Below, piece by piece: positions 1 through 11,526 of a DNA stretch of 34,098 nucleotides. A model generated the notes under the pieces. That model did no database searches. It saw only the letters and a program-made list of their open reading frames with translations, and had not been told where the DNA came from. Every line of letters begins with the position of its first letter. Positions within the stretch are counted from its first letter, which is position 1. The stretch is from Octopus bimaculoides (taxonomy: Eukaryota): the NCBI RefSeq assembly GCF_001194135.2, contig NC_068989.1, forward strand, positions 38,959,365-38,993,462, written 5' to 3'. The translations under genes were made by a program, and so were the position numbers.

Positions 1-69
<69 letters not shown>

Positions 70-110
70 TATATATATATTCATATGTATATATATACAT
101 ATATATATAT

Positions 111-445
111 TGTAATGTTATTATCAGTCCGAATATGCTTGAGGCATGTTCGAATTGGTAAACAAGCTACTCACTGCGTTTTGTCACTGAAAATATATCC
201 CATTTGTTAGCAAATGGTGTGTATACACTTAAATCAGCTCACAGCATCACCTACCCAGATCATGAGAAACAACTCCGAAATGCCTACATCTCATGGTCTG
301 GGTATTTTCTGCTGCAAGTTGATTTAGGTGTATACACACCATTTGCTAACAAGTAGGGTGTATTTTCCATGACAAAACACAGTGAGTAGCTTGTTCACCA
401 ATTTGAATGTGCCTTAAGCATATTCAGATTGCCAATAACATTACA
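111..445. mobile_element. Foldback/MITE-like palindromic element with ~157 bp arms and a 21 nt loop
   Basis: 111-267 (tgtaatgttatt...cccagatcatgaga) is the reverse complement of 289-445 (tctcatggtctgggt...aataacattaca), roughly 80-85% identical by eye. Termini are TGT...ACA. No TSD visible. Confidence 0.85.
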
Positions 446-892
446 GTTTTGCTTATCATTGTTTAGCCCTCACTCTCTGTAATAGTATATATATNNNNNN
501 NNNNNNNNNNNNNNNNNNNNNNNNNNNNNNNNNNNNNNNNNNNNNNNNNNNNNNNNNNNNNNNNNNNNNNNNNNNNNNNNNNNNNNNNNNNNNNNNNNNN
601 NNNNNNNNNNNNNNNNNNNNNNNNNNNNNNNNNNNNNNNNNNNNNNNNNNNNNNNNNNNNNNNNNNNNNNNNNNNNNNNNNNNNNNNNNNNNNNNNNNNN
701 NNNNNNNNNNNNNNNNNNNNNNNNNNNNNNNNNNNNNNNNNNNNNNNNNNNNNNNNNNNNNNNNNNNNNNNNNNNNNNNNNNNNNNNNNNNNNNNNNNNN
801 NNNNNNNNNNNNNNNNNNNNNNNNNNNNNNNNNNNNNNNNNNNNNNNNNNNNNNNNNNNNNNNNNNNNNNNNNNNNNNNNNNNNNNNNNNNN

Positions 893-978
893 TTACCAAT
901 CTATATTCTGAATATAGATTGGTACAGAATATAGATTGGTAAAAGTTTTTATTTTTCATTCCCTTTCGAAATTTTTGT

Positions 979-980
<2 letters not shown>
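893..980. repeat. Gap-truncated hairpin fragment related to the 17717-18431 foldback
   Basis: ttaccaatctatattctg and cagaatatagattggtaa are 18 bp inverted arms. 937-960 (tggtaaaagtttttatttttcatt) is the exact reverse complement of 17823-17846. Confidence 0.7.
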
Positions 981-1014
<34 letters not shown>

Positions 1015-1109
1015 TATATATATATACGCATGTAAAGGCAAAGTCGACCCCAGCATGATACCACTATATTACTATTGGTAGTATCCCACCATGCTACAGG
1101 TAACATTTT

Positions 1110-2100
1110 AACCCCATCATACTAGACCATCATCACTCTACTATCATTAGATTCACTACTAAGCACAATAGAACTTGACAATAAAACACTTATGACCACT
1201 TAACTACCATTGGACTGCCATCATCACAACTACCAACACAACCACCAGCATCTCAAACACCATCATAACCAAAACCAAAACTACAACCACAGCCATCACA
1301 ATCAACCAGTACCATCTTAAGGCATGGGCATACTGGGTAGTTGCCTGGGATTTTATGGGTTCAAGGGACTCAACAGTGATCTTTGTATTCTGGGAGGGGG
1401 CGGAGGGCAGTGCAATGCTTGGCTCATATGCCTATAATAGTGTTAAAACAGCCCTGTCACCATCATAATCAAACAATCACCACCATAGTCCCCATCATAA
1501 CTGACAGCAGAACTAAACTGCAATAATATTTACAATGCTAAATGCAAGCACCCTACCATTATAACCATCAACACCATAATTACTACAATGAGCACAACCA
1601 CAGCCACTTAAAGCAACCAAGATTATAGGAATTTTACTTGTCTCGAAGCATCTGAGAAGGTCATGGATACTACCATTTTCTCCAAACACAGCAAGTTAAA
1701 AATTAAAAAATGAAAACCCAGAGCACTATCAAAGCCATCACAACTATCACCAGAATCACCACAGCCACCAAAACAGCTACAACCATCAGCAACACCATCA
1801 CACTAGCATTCTCATAAACTCTACCACTATCACAAGCACCACCACTACAAACCCTATAACCACCCCAGTAATAACCTGTACCACCACCNNNNNNNNNNAT
1901 CACAAGCACCACCACTACAAACCCTATAACCACCCCAGTAATAACCTGTACCACCACCATCATTACAACCACCATCATTACCACAATAACCATAACAACC
2001 ACCACCACCACAACCAAGATCAAAACAACCGTTGCCACTACCAACCACAATCATCATCTCAACCTCCAGCACCACCATCACCTCTATAATGTTTCTCACT
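1110..2100 (+). repeat. Degenerate (CAC/CAA/CAT)n low-complexity tract
   Basis: Runs such as caccaccatcattacaaccaccatc. Produces the Val-rich pseudo-ORFs on the minus strand. Confidence 0.85.
1307..1456. mobile_element. Possible decayed small MITE (CAG-terminal, hAT-like) inside the CAC tract
   Basis: G-rich island in C-rich flanks. Ends cagtaccatcttaa and ttaaaacagccctg match at only 9/14 as inverted repeats. No clean TSD. Confidence 0.35.
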
Positions 2101-2443
2101 CCTACAAAAGACAATAGGATCTGCAATGACAGCTAAACACTTCCATTTGAACCGCAAGACATCGCCTTACAACAGAAGAAGAGAAAATAATATTACATGA
2201 CAAAAAGAAGTTTTATTTTTTCTTCCGTTGTTGCTGCCTGTGTGTAGAATTTAGATTTCTATATAGAATAGATGTTTTACGAAGGAATATCTTGTTTTTC
2301 ATCACAGGAACATGGCAGAATTATAATGCCATATAATTGGAGCTTTTGTAAATCTGGTTATAGATAGAGCCATGCTTCTTTCAACACAAACACAACTGGT
2401 TTAGATCAAATGAACAACTATAAAAGGAATAATTTATCTGTCC

Positions 2444-2444
<1 letters not shown>

Positions 2445-2510
<66 letters not shown>
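2445..2510 (+). repeat. (CTAT)n tetranucleotide microsatellite
   Basis: Perfect tatctatc... run. Confidence 0.98.
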
Positions 2511-2511
<1 letters not shown>

Positions 2512-3484
2512 TTATCACACACACCATGGTTCCTTCTTAATCCCTTCTCTCTGTTCCTCTCTATCTGTTATCCATGTGTGTATATATATATGTATGTGTG
2601 TGTGCTTGAATGCATACATGTATACATTGAAGTGGAATGCACTGAGTGTTAAAAATGCATATATTCATTGGCGCACAAACACATGCAGGTATGCAAATGC
2701 ACATACACACATGCAATTTGTGCAGTTTTCTGTTTGATAATCTCATTTCACAAAACATACTAGGTGAAACGAAATGTAAAATTATGTAAAATTCTTAACA
2801 GATAATATAATAATGTTGCCTAGGTATATAATTCTGAATGAAGATATATATAAGATAATCTGATATATATGATATGATATATAATATAATACATACATAC
2901 ATACATACATGCATACACACACATACATACATACATAGAGACACATACATATATATATATAGATATGCTTGCATCCACATGAGTAATATGCACTCTCCCT
3001 CCTCTCTCTATCTCTCTCTCTCTCTCTCTCTCTAGACACACAGACACATACATGTGTGCAACATAGATATTGCATTCACTTATCAGTAATATTCTCTCTC
3101 TCTCCCTCTTTATAAATGTATTATATACACACATATATGCACACACATATTTGGGTAATATTTTGTGTGTGTGTGTGTGTAATATCTAATAAATTTTGAT
3201 ACTTTGTCCAGTCAATGTTTATTTCTTATACTGTACTTATTTTACACCTATCTTTTTATTCATTCTTAATATCATATTTTATTTATAATATTTTCTGTTG
3301 CTTTATCGTTTGATCATAGATAGATGTTCAGCCTCATGTATTTCTTATCTACAACACTTGAAGCAATGTATACAGCCTTAGAATTTCGTTTTTATTGCAA
3401 AAGAATTATGAGCAGTAATTGAACACATCAACACTTATCCAAGAAAGATATATATCCATGGAGTTTGTGTGGTTGTTCAATAAG

Positions 3485-3685
3485 TGAGTTTGTGTGGTTG
3501 CTCAAGCTCATAGAAACAACAGCCAAATATCATTTTAAATTACACCTTACTACCTGAAAGGTAAAACAAAGAAAAGGAAGGGATAATTTGTTCTATGTAA
3601 TCTTTGATATACTAAAAGATAAGATGGTCATGGTTGGAATACCTTTGATTATAGGTTTGTTTCAACAAGGGTAGTGTGAGGTCTA
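3485..3685 (+). mobile_element. SINE-like repeat, family D (gatggtcatggttggaatacctttgat core)
   Basis: The same core recurs at ~5520-5720 (minus), 20860-21055, 24720-24900 and 25200-25520. Diverged. Confidence 0.55.
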
Positions 3686-4090
3686 TTCAGCAACAATGAT
3701 TTGTTTTTCTTTCTCTCTGCATGTGAGTATGTGTGTGTGTGTATGCATGTGTAAAAATGTGTATAAACACGTATTTAAAGTTATCTTTATATAAGACACA
3801 CACATGCACATATCGTTTAATATACACAGAATTTTAAAAGGAGCTACTGATAGTTCCATGCAGTAAAGACACAATGATTTGGCAGGTTTATATAACACAC
3901 CATGGGTCTCCAAGTAGTCCTTCAGGCTCAGTGCATACTGTATAAAAATATGCTAAATTATTGTGTTTCTACAACATGAAAATATTGGTACTTCTTTTTT
4001 AAATCTTTAAAATTCTGTGATTAAATTATATTTGTCCCTCAATGGATGAAGTACTCATTTGTTAATCCTATCTAAAACAGGACAGTAAAC

Positions 4091-4202
<112 letters not shown>

Positions 4203-4428
4203 TACAGATAGATAAATTGACATACGTAGTTATATATGTGTGTGTGTACAAGGTCTGATTAATATGTATCCAGACTGTTGCCATAGTAACGAAGCTAAAG
4301 CATGCAGAGTGAAGTCATTTGGCAAATATTGACCTTAAACTTTGTTGTGTATGCACACTAAGTTTTAACATTCAAGCTCACTTCTGCTATTTACAGCAGT
4401 GTTTGGAAGGAACGTGCAAAGTTGTCAT

Positions 4429-4838
4429 GGTGATACTTGCTCAAAGACCTGTGCAAAGTTGCAGAAAGTGTATGGAGAGGAGTGTATGAGCCACATACAG
4501 GTGTACAAGTGGTTCAGACATTTCTGAGATGGCTGAAAAAATGTCGAAATTGATGAATGTTCTGGGAGACCCGCAACCAGCAGAACTGAGTAAAACTTTG
4601 CAGATATGCATACAACTGTGAGGGGAAATCATCGAATCATTATCTGTGAGTTATCAGAGGATGTACAGATTAGTTACGATTCAGTTCATTCCATTATCAC
4701 TATGGATTTGGGTATGAAATGCGTGTTTGCCAAAAGTTTGTACCAAAACTGCTTTCAGCTGACCAACAAGACACTTGGATTTCAGTTGCATAAGATTTCC
4801 TTGATTGTGTCGAGAATGATGAAAACGTTTTGAAAAAT
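4429..4838 (+). pseudogene. Mariner transposase N-terminal (HTH DNA-binding) fragment with stops and frameshifts
   Basis: Reads GDTCSKTCAKLQKVYGEECMSHIQVYKWFRHF*DG*KNVEIDECSGRPATSRTE / ...RIIICELSEDVQISYDSVHSIITMDLGMKCVFAK / FVPKLLSADQQDTWISVA*DFLDCVENDENVLKN. This matches the mariner SGRP and WVP-like (FVPK) motifs. It ends just before the catalytic domain. Confidence 0.9.
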
Positions 4839-4917
4839 TTGTGTAGGCCTCTGAGCAAGAATCGCTAAGCTTTTGGTAAAATTTGATGCTGATCCTTAGC
4901 TCGACTTTCTCTGTCAT
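4838..4917 (-). pseudogene. Second, antiparallel copy of the mariner transposase start
   Basis: Minus strand from ATG at 4917: MTEKVELRISIKFYQKLSDSCSEAYTNF. This is a typical mariner N-terminus (E.RI.IKF) and is homologous to GDTCSKTC on the plus strand. Confidence 0.8.
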
Positions 4918-5276
4918 GGTAAATGCGATGATCACACACTACACACTTTCCTTCCAAGCACTGATGTAAATAGCAGAAGTGAGGTAGACTGTTTAAACTT
5001 AGTGCACATACACAGCAGAGTTCAAGGTCAATCTGTGCCAAGTGACTTAACTTTGGATGCTTTAACTTCGTTACTTTGGCAAAAGTCCAGATATTTATTG
5101 ATCAAACCATGTATTGTACGTTGTTTTTGGTATCAGGTAGATATTAATTTCTTTTAATATAGCAGGTCTGTCTATACTTGCACTTAGGTGGCCACAGATA
5201 TATTTAGTATATATTCCTAGCTAATATCTGAAGTATAAACCAAGTTATAAAACCTACTTGTATTTTTATTATTAAT

Positions 5277-5469
5277 GTGGTGAGGTGACAGAACTGTTAG
5301 CACACCGGGCAAAATGCTAAGTGCATTTTGTCAGTCCTTACATTTTGAGTTCAAATTCCACTGAGATTGATGTAATTAACTAACCCCTCCCCAAAGTTTC
5401 AAGTCTTGTGCCTATAGTGGAATGGATTGCTATTATTATTATTATTATTAGTAGTAGTAGTAGTAGTAG
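5277..5469 (+). mobile_element. tRNA-derived SINE, family A, internally deleted, with (ATT)n(AGT)n tail
   Basis: Pol III B-box-like gagttcaaattcc. Homologous to the minus copies at 24982-25198 and 32400-33264. Confidence 0.75.
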
Positions 5470-6044
5470 AATACAAACTCTGTATATATAGACTTAGGTG
5501 GGTTCTTTTTATTTTGCAGTAGTTGTTATTGTTGCACACTAGGTTAATCCTGATCCAGTAAACTCATAATTAAAGACATTGCAGCCATAATTATAGCCAT
5601 TTCTTTTTACCTCCTTTCCTCTTTTTTTTTTTTTGCTTGAGCTTTCCAAACAATTATTTAATCTGACCTATATCTTTTAAGATGTAGAGGTATGATTTGA
5701 AAGAAATTTATCAGATGCAGCTGTTCATATTGAATGAGTACATAAAAGAGCTGTTGTTTGTTTGTGGTAGACTGTGACAAGTATTCATATATTTTAGCAT
5801 TTTCTAGCATTTCTTTTGTGCTCATAATTATATGAAATTACTCCCCACACACAGAGCATTGTGTGTGTCCATATAAATACACATGTAGACCTGAACTATA
5901 CAAACTTTTCGTTTCAACATCTGTCAAAACTTGCCCTACCTGCATTGTCTTATTTTGTGTTTATTGCTCTCATTGGATGGATGTGTGGTGTGTGTGCTGG
6001 CATGGTAAAAACATGCAGTACATTCTGTAAAGTAGTTGGTAATA

Positions 6045-6260
6045 GGTAGGGCATCTAGTTGCAGAAGCCCAACCAAAGTAGATATAGTTGCATGATGTAG
6101 TCCTCCAACTCATCAGATCCTGTCAAACTGTCCAACCTAAACCAAGATGGAAGCTGGATGTTAAGCAATGATAATGACAATATGATTATACAAACATACC
6201 ATAACACACACACACATATATATATATCATCATCATCATCGTTTAACATCTGCCTTCCAT
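6045..6260. mobile_element. Family B (GAT-tailed) SINE/LINE tails: plus copy ~6045-6180 and 33 bp minus stub 6228-6260
   Basis: gggcatctagttgcag...gtcaaactgtccaacc...ggatgttaagcaatgataatg, and catcatcatcatcgtttaacatctgccttccat. Both match 9813-9986. Confidence 0.65.
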
Positions 6261-6266
6261 ATATAT

Positions 6267-6314
<48 letters not shown>

Positions 6315-6319
<5 letters not shown>

Positions 6320-6568
6320 GAAGTGTGGTACAACAAGGCACCAATATTTACTGGAAAATAGCAATCAATACAGTTACGACGCTATTGTATGGCTTCACTA
6401 CGTATATACTGGCAAAAATGTGTGTGTGCAACAAACATGAAAAGTTTGTCTTACCTCTAGGAAGAACATTCAATAAATGGACAACCCAGAATAGGATAAA
6501 GCAGGACCGGTTTCTGACTCTTCAAATATTGGTAAATATTGGTGCCTTGTTGTTCCACTCTTCTGAAT
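6315..6568. mobile_element. 254 bp MITE with 37 bp terminal inverted repeats, sitting in (AT)n
   Basis: 6315-6351 attcagaagtgtggtacaacaaggcaccaatatttac versus the reverse complement of 6532-6568: 2 mismatches. Confidence 0.88.
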
Positions 6569-6612
6569 TTTTATATATATACCCTTATAGGGCTTTATTT
6601 TGTTGGAAATTA

Positions 6613-6663
<51 letters not shown>

Positions 6664-6890
6664 GCATTTTTATTCTTTTATTTTGATCATTGGATTGCCA
6701 CTATGCTGAGGCAGACATTAAAAAGGGAGTTTTTACATGATTATATCGATCCTATTACTTTGTCTGATGCTTATTTTATTGTCCTTGTGCAATTCAAAAT
6801 TCAGTCAAGACTGACCCAAGGAGAAATCACTTCACTGATCACAAATAATGACTGCAAATCCTGATTGCATATAGTTATAAATATGTATTC

Positions 6891-7253
6891 AAGCACAAGC
6901 TGCCTATGTGGTAAAGACATTTGCTTCACAGCCAAGTAGTTTCCTGTTCAGTCCCACTGTGCAGCACTTTGAGCAAATGTCTTCTTTAACAGGCCCAGGC
7001 TGATGGAAACTCTGAAGAAGTTTGTTGTATGTGCACATAGATATATTCATACTTATGTTCGTATGCATATGTACATTATATAGGTATGTGTTTGTATCTC
7101 ACTGGTTGACAACTGCTATTGGTTTGTTTCTTCTAATAACTTATTGTTTCAGCAAAAAGAAACTAATAGAATAAATACCAAAATTACAAAAAACATAGGT
7201 TCTAGCATCAATTTGATTGACTAAACTATTCAAAGCCATGTCTCAGCATGGCC
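6891..7253 (+). mobile_element. tRNA-derived SINE, family C head plus body and tail
   Basis: Head tatgtggtaaag...gttcagtcccactg...ttgagcaaatgtcttc. The tail motif tctcagcatggcc is shared with 12839-12894. Confidence 0.65.
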
Positions 7254-8694
7254 TAAGCCCATGGACTTCTGCACAGTTTATGTCTCCCAGATATGACCGA
7301 AAATATTTATCCAAAGTGTCATGCCATACAATTGAACCAAGGCCAGCAAGCTGCAAATTATGCCTGTCACCTATACAGCCATGTTCTCTTGCCTGCTCTC
7401 ATAGATATGTTTATGAGAACTTATGTTATTGCACTTTCTCAAGAATATTGCCTTCTGCACACCTAGACACATTACCCACCCTTTACATTTCCTATACTTC
7501 ACTTCTAAATATTCCATTTATATACAACATTAACTACTTAAACATCATAGATTTGTAACATAAAAGTATATTTCTAATCGATAGCATTGTTTATAAACAA
7601 TATCTCGCTTATGTTTTACTGATAGTAAGCAGTCATCCTTGATTGCAAATATTATACAAGAAAAATGTAATATTTGTGTGTGTGTGTGTGTGTGTGTGAT
7701 AGCTTTATTTGGTTAGTACAGAGAAGANNNNNNNNNNNNNNNNNNNNNNNNNNNNNNNNNNNNNNNNNNNNNNNNNNNNNNNNNNNNNNNNNNNNNNNNN
7801 NNNNNNNNNNNNNNNNNNNNNNNNNNNNNNNNNNNNNNNNNNNNNNNNNNNNNNNNNNNNNNNNNNNNNNNNNNNNNNNNNNNNNNNNNNNNNNNNNNNN
7901 NNNNNNNNNNNNNNNNNNNNNNNNNNNNNNNNNNNNNNNNNNNNNNNNNNNNNNNNNNNNNNNNNNNNNNNNNNNNNNNNNNNNNNNNNNNNNNNNNNNN
8001 NNNNNNNNNNNNNNNNNNNNNNNNNNNNNNNNNNNNNNNNNNNNNNNNNNNNNNNNNNNNNNNNNNNNNNNNNNNNNNNNNNNNNNNNNNNNNNNNNNNN
8101 NNNNNNNNNNNNNNNNNNNNNNNNNNNNNNNNNNNNNNNNNNNNNNNNNNNNNNNNNNNNNNNNNNNNNNNNNNNNNNNNNNNNNNNNNNNNNNNNNNNN
8201 NNNNNNNNNNNNNNNNNNNNNNATATATACATATATATATATCAGCATAGACAATACACCTGTAAATAATACTGAAATTTCTAAATACCTATTAAAGGAG
8301 AATAAATATCTCACATGAGAATATATAAAAAAAATATAATGGCCATGAAACTCAATAAAAATTGCAGAAAAATCTAATTGAATCATAATAAAAAAACAAA
8401 ACAAAATTAGAATATAAACATATTTTCATAGCTGCATCATTCAAGATGTAAATGCAAAAGAAATCATTGTTGTTTTAAGTGGCTTGTCTTGCAGATACAG
8501 CATAAACAAGAATATTCTCGATAAACTCCACTATATTTATCACATATGCTTGTGTTACATCAGACATTGTGGTATTGGTTCTGACTTTCTGTTCAAAGAG
8601 ATCATCAGCCATATCAACCATGCAAAGGTCAAGGACACTCCTTTATGTTCTTGACAAAACCTCAAACATGTATCATCATAATTTTTACATTCAC

Positions 8695-8910
8695 TTTCTA
8701 TGCTGGCATGTGTCAGACGTCATCAAAGTGTGAGTCGTTTGTTATTGGGAGCTAAAGTTATTGTAGATGGTGCTCCAATGTGTCTTTTGTGTTTGGTTTC
8801 TAAAGCTGGATGCCCTTCCTATCACCAATCACTTTATGGAGCATACTGGGTGTATTTTCTCATGGCAGCAGCACTAGAGATGTTGCCAAATGATCAGCAA
8901 GACAAACTTA
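8695..8910 (-). mobile_element. Family B-type SINE tail, diverged
   Basis: tttctatgctggcatg...gctggatgcccttcctatcaccaatcact is the reverse complement of the family B core. Confidence 0.6.
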
Positions 8911-9226
8911 GATGCATACTTGTTTGTATGTGTGTGTGTGTTGCCTGTAAAGCAACAAAACATTTTTTTCCTCGATGGAAAAAAACAACAAAAGTCATAA
9001 CAAAAACTTACTCGTCACTAGAAATTGTTAAAAGTTTTGGTTGAAAATTTATTTTTACTGCTATTCACTGGTGCCTGTGGGGAAAAATAAGTTGACGAAA
9101 ATATAGCTAGGGTCATGACGAATATCCTGCTAAGATTGGAGCGACATGCATGCTAATTTGTGGACGTGCATAAATTACATTCACGTACACACACACACAT
9201 ACACACATCCTGACTTTTATACATAC

Positions 9227-9261
<35 letters not shown>

Positions 9262-9414
9262 NNNNNNNNNNNNNNNNNNNNNNNNNNNNNNNNNNNNNNN
9301 NNNNNNNNNNNNNNNNNNNNNNNNNNNNNNNNNNNNNNNNNNNNNNNNNNNNNNNNNNNNNNNNNNNNNNNNNNNNNNNNNNNNNNNNNNNNNNNNNNNN
9401 NNNNNNTATAGTAT

Positions 9415-9459
<45 letters not shown>

Positions 9460-9812
9460 GATTCAAAATGGAATGAATGACGTTTTTTATTTAAAATTAC
9501 AATTGTTTCAATAAATTTTTACACCTGAAATACATTGGTGAATTGCTGTGTAATCATTATCAATCATTCAAGGTATAAAATGCACTTCCTCCACTCACTG
9601 TGAGAATATGTTACTTACTAAATGTCCTGCTACTGGATATACATCAGGAATTTCACAGTATCCATAATGTCTTTTTAAACAGATAAATTTTAGAAAATGG
9701 AATGAGTATTTCCACTGTATGATGACATCAGATAACCAATAACTATGAAAGAGCCTTGCATAGCATTCTACACAGGTTTAACCTAAATTTTATTTAACTA
9801 TATGTATATGTG

Positions 9813-9986
9813 TGTAAAGCACCCGCTACACTCTCAGAGTGGCTGGCATTAGGAAGGGCATCCATCTGTACAAACATTGCCAGATCAGATTGGCGCCTAG
9901 TGCAGCCGCTAGCTTTCCAGACTGCAGTCGAACCGTCCAACCCATGCCAGCATGGAAAATGAATGTTAAACGATGATGATGATGAT
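9813..9986 (+). mobile_element. Family B SINE/LINE 3' tail ending in (GAT)n
   Basis: ggcattaggaagggcatcc...ccaacccatgccagcatggaaaatgaatgttaaacgatgatgatgatgat. Near-copies at 10470-10630, 29245-29379 and 32943-33193. Confidence 0.85.
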
Positions 9987-10469
9987 TTATATTTTAGATA
10001 TTAGATAATAAAGTGAATGGCTTACTGATAAAGTATGGTCACTTTCATTGTGTTCATTATGTATTAACCATATATATATATATATATATATATATAAAGC
10101 AGTTACCCCATGGGGTTTCCCATCCCACTTGTTTGCTGTATTTTTTTGTCATCATTTCTGTAACTGTAAAAAAATAAGTAGAACAGAATCAGTGTGTTAA
10201 GAGTGAGAGGGTGATAGAAATAAGAGATAGACAATAAATAGCAGAATGAAAGAATTGTGGAAGAAGGAGAAAGAAAGAGTAATAGAACAGAGATAAAGTG
10301 GAATGGAAAAATGAGAGAGAGAGAATAATGTGAGACAGGGTGATGGAAGAAAGGGAGAGTTTGAATAGACAGCTCCATAAGAGCAGTTGGTCAGATTATA
10401 TAGAAACGTCATTAATGAGTAGATGATAGAAGGGAAAGTGATGGGAGAAAAGCCAAGTGATTGGGTGAT

Positions 10470-10872
10470 ATCATCATCATCTTCATTTAACATATGTTGT
10501 CCATGCTGGCATGGATTGGATGGTTTGACCGGGCTGGCACACTGGAAGGTTGCTCCAGATGCCAATCTGATTTTACATGGTTTTCTACAGTTGGATGCCC
10601 TTCTTAATGCCAACCACTCCAAGAGTGTAATGGGTACTTTTACATGCTACTGGCATGGGTGCCATTTGTGTGACACCAGGATGCTTTTACATGCCACTGG
10701 CATGGGTGCCAATTTGCATGATACCGGTATCTGCCATGACTGATTTTGTTCAGCTTGATGGGTCTTCTTCTCAAACATGACATCATGTCAAAGGTCTTGG
10801 TCATTGCCTCTGTGAGGCCCAACACTCTAAAGGAACTCAGCTATTTCGCCTCTGTGTGGCCCAACACTTGAA
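10470..10872 (-). mobile_element. Long family B copy, probably the 3' end of an RTE-like LINE, with internal tandem duplications
   Basis: (CAT)n tail plus family B core, extended by LGLTEAMTK-coding sequence. Duplicated cttttacatgc.actggcatgggtgcca (10637, 10684) and gcctctgtg.ggcccaacact (10807, 10847). The RTE assignment is from recall. Confidence 0.65.
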
Positions 10873-11030
10873 ACCAACCCAGAGAACACAAAAAAGCCAG
10901 AGTAATGAGTATGAGAGAGTGATACAGGAAATGATAATGAAAGAGCGATACACTCTCACGATGGTTTGCTGTCTTTTACCCTCACTCTCCCATTTTTCTA
11001 TCAACTCCTCTTTCTTGCTCTTACTCTCTC

Positions 11031-11500
11031 TTATTTTTCCATGCTGGCATGGGTCGGACAAGATTTGTTGAGACAGATTTTCTCAAGTTAGATATGCTTC
11101 CTCATAGCAATCCTCATCTGTTTCCAGGCTAGCAAATATTTCTTTAGTCCATTAAACATGACCAGCTGGACATGTTTGCATGGACAGCTGCAAATGAACG
11201 ACATCCCTTCTATGATGATGATTATGACGCTTATATACAATAATGAAGTCAAGGTAACAAGACATGAAGACACATTTACCTGCATGCATACAATCACACA
11301 CACACACACACAACACACACATACACATACATACACATCTACAACAGGATTTCTTCAATTTCCTTGTACAAGATCCAATTGCAAGGTTTTGATTGATCTA
11401 AGGCTAGAGTGTAAGACATTTGACTAATGTGCCATACAGTAGGAGTGAACTCAAATCCTCATCTTTGCAAAGTGAATTTCCTACCTCATAGCCATGCTTA
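11031..11500 (-). mobile_element. Full-length composite family C SINE, minus strand
   Basis: Tail ttttccatgctggcatggg, a body with an (AC)n linker, and head aagacatttgactaatgtgccatacagtaggagtgaac...catagccatg. Confidence 0.65.
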
Positions 11501-11526
11501 TACCAGTGTGTTTGTGTGTGTGTGTG

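Larger units (their letters stand above)
4249..5111. mobile_element. Non-autonomous mariner (Tc1/mariner) derivative, TA-flanked, with 164 bp inverted ends
   Basis: TA at 4247-4248 and 5112-5113. 4249-4412 is the reverse complement of 4948-5111 with about 27 mismatches. The interior encodes mariner transposase N-terminal fragments. Confidence 0.92.

Noticed and set aside
1829-1958. Exact 60 bp duplication (1829-1888 and 1899-1958) either side of a 10-N gap
   Set aside because: Identical copies at a placeholder gap are the signature of unmerged contig overlap, not biology.
8480-8660. Short open frames on both strands (e.g. MVDMADDLFEQKVRTNT…)
   Set aside because: Under 60 codons, with no recognisable family or convincing splice pair.
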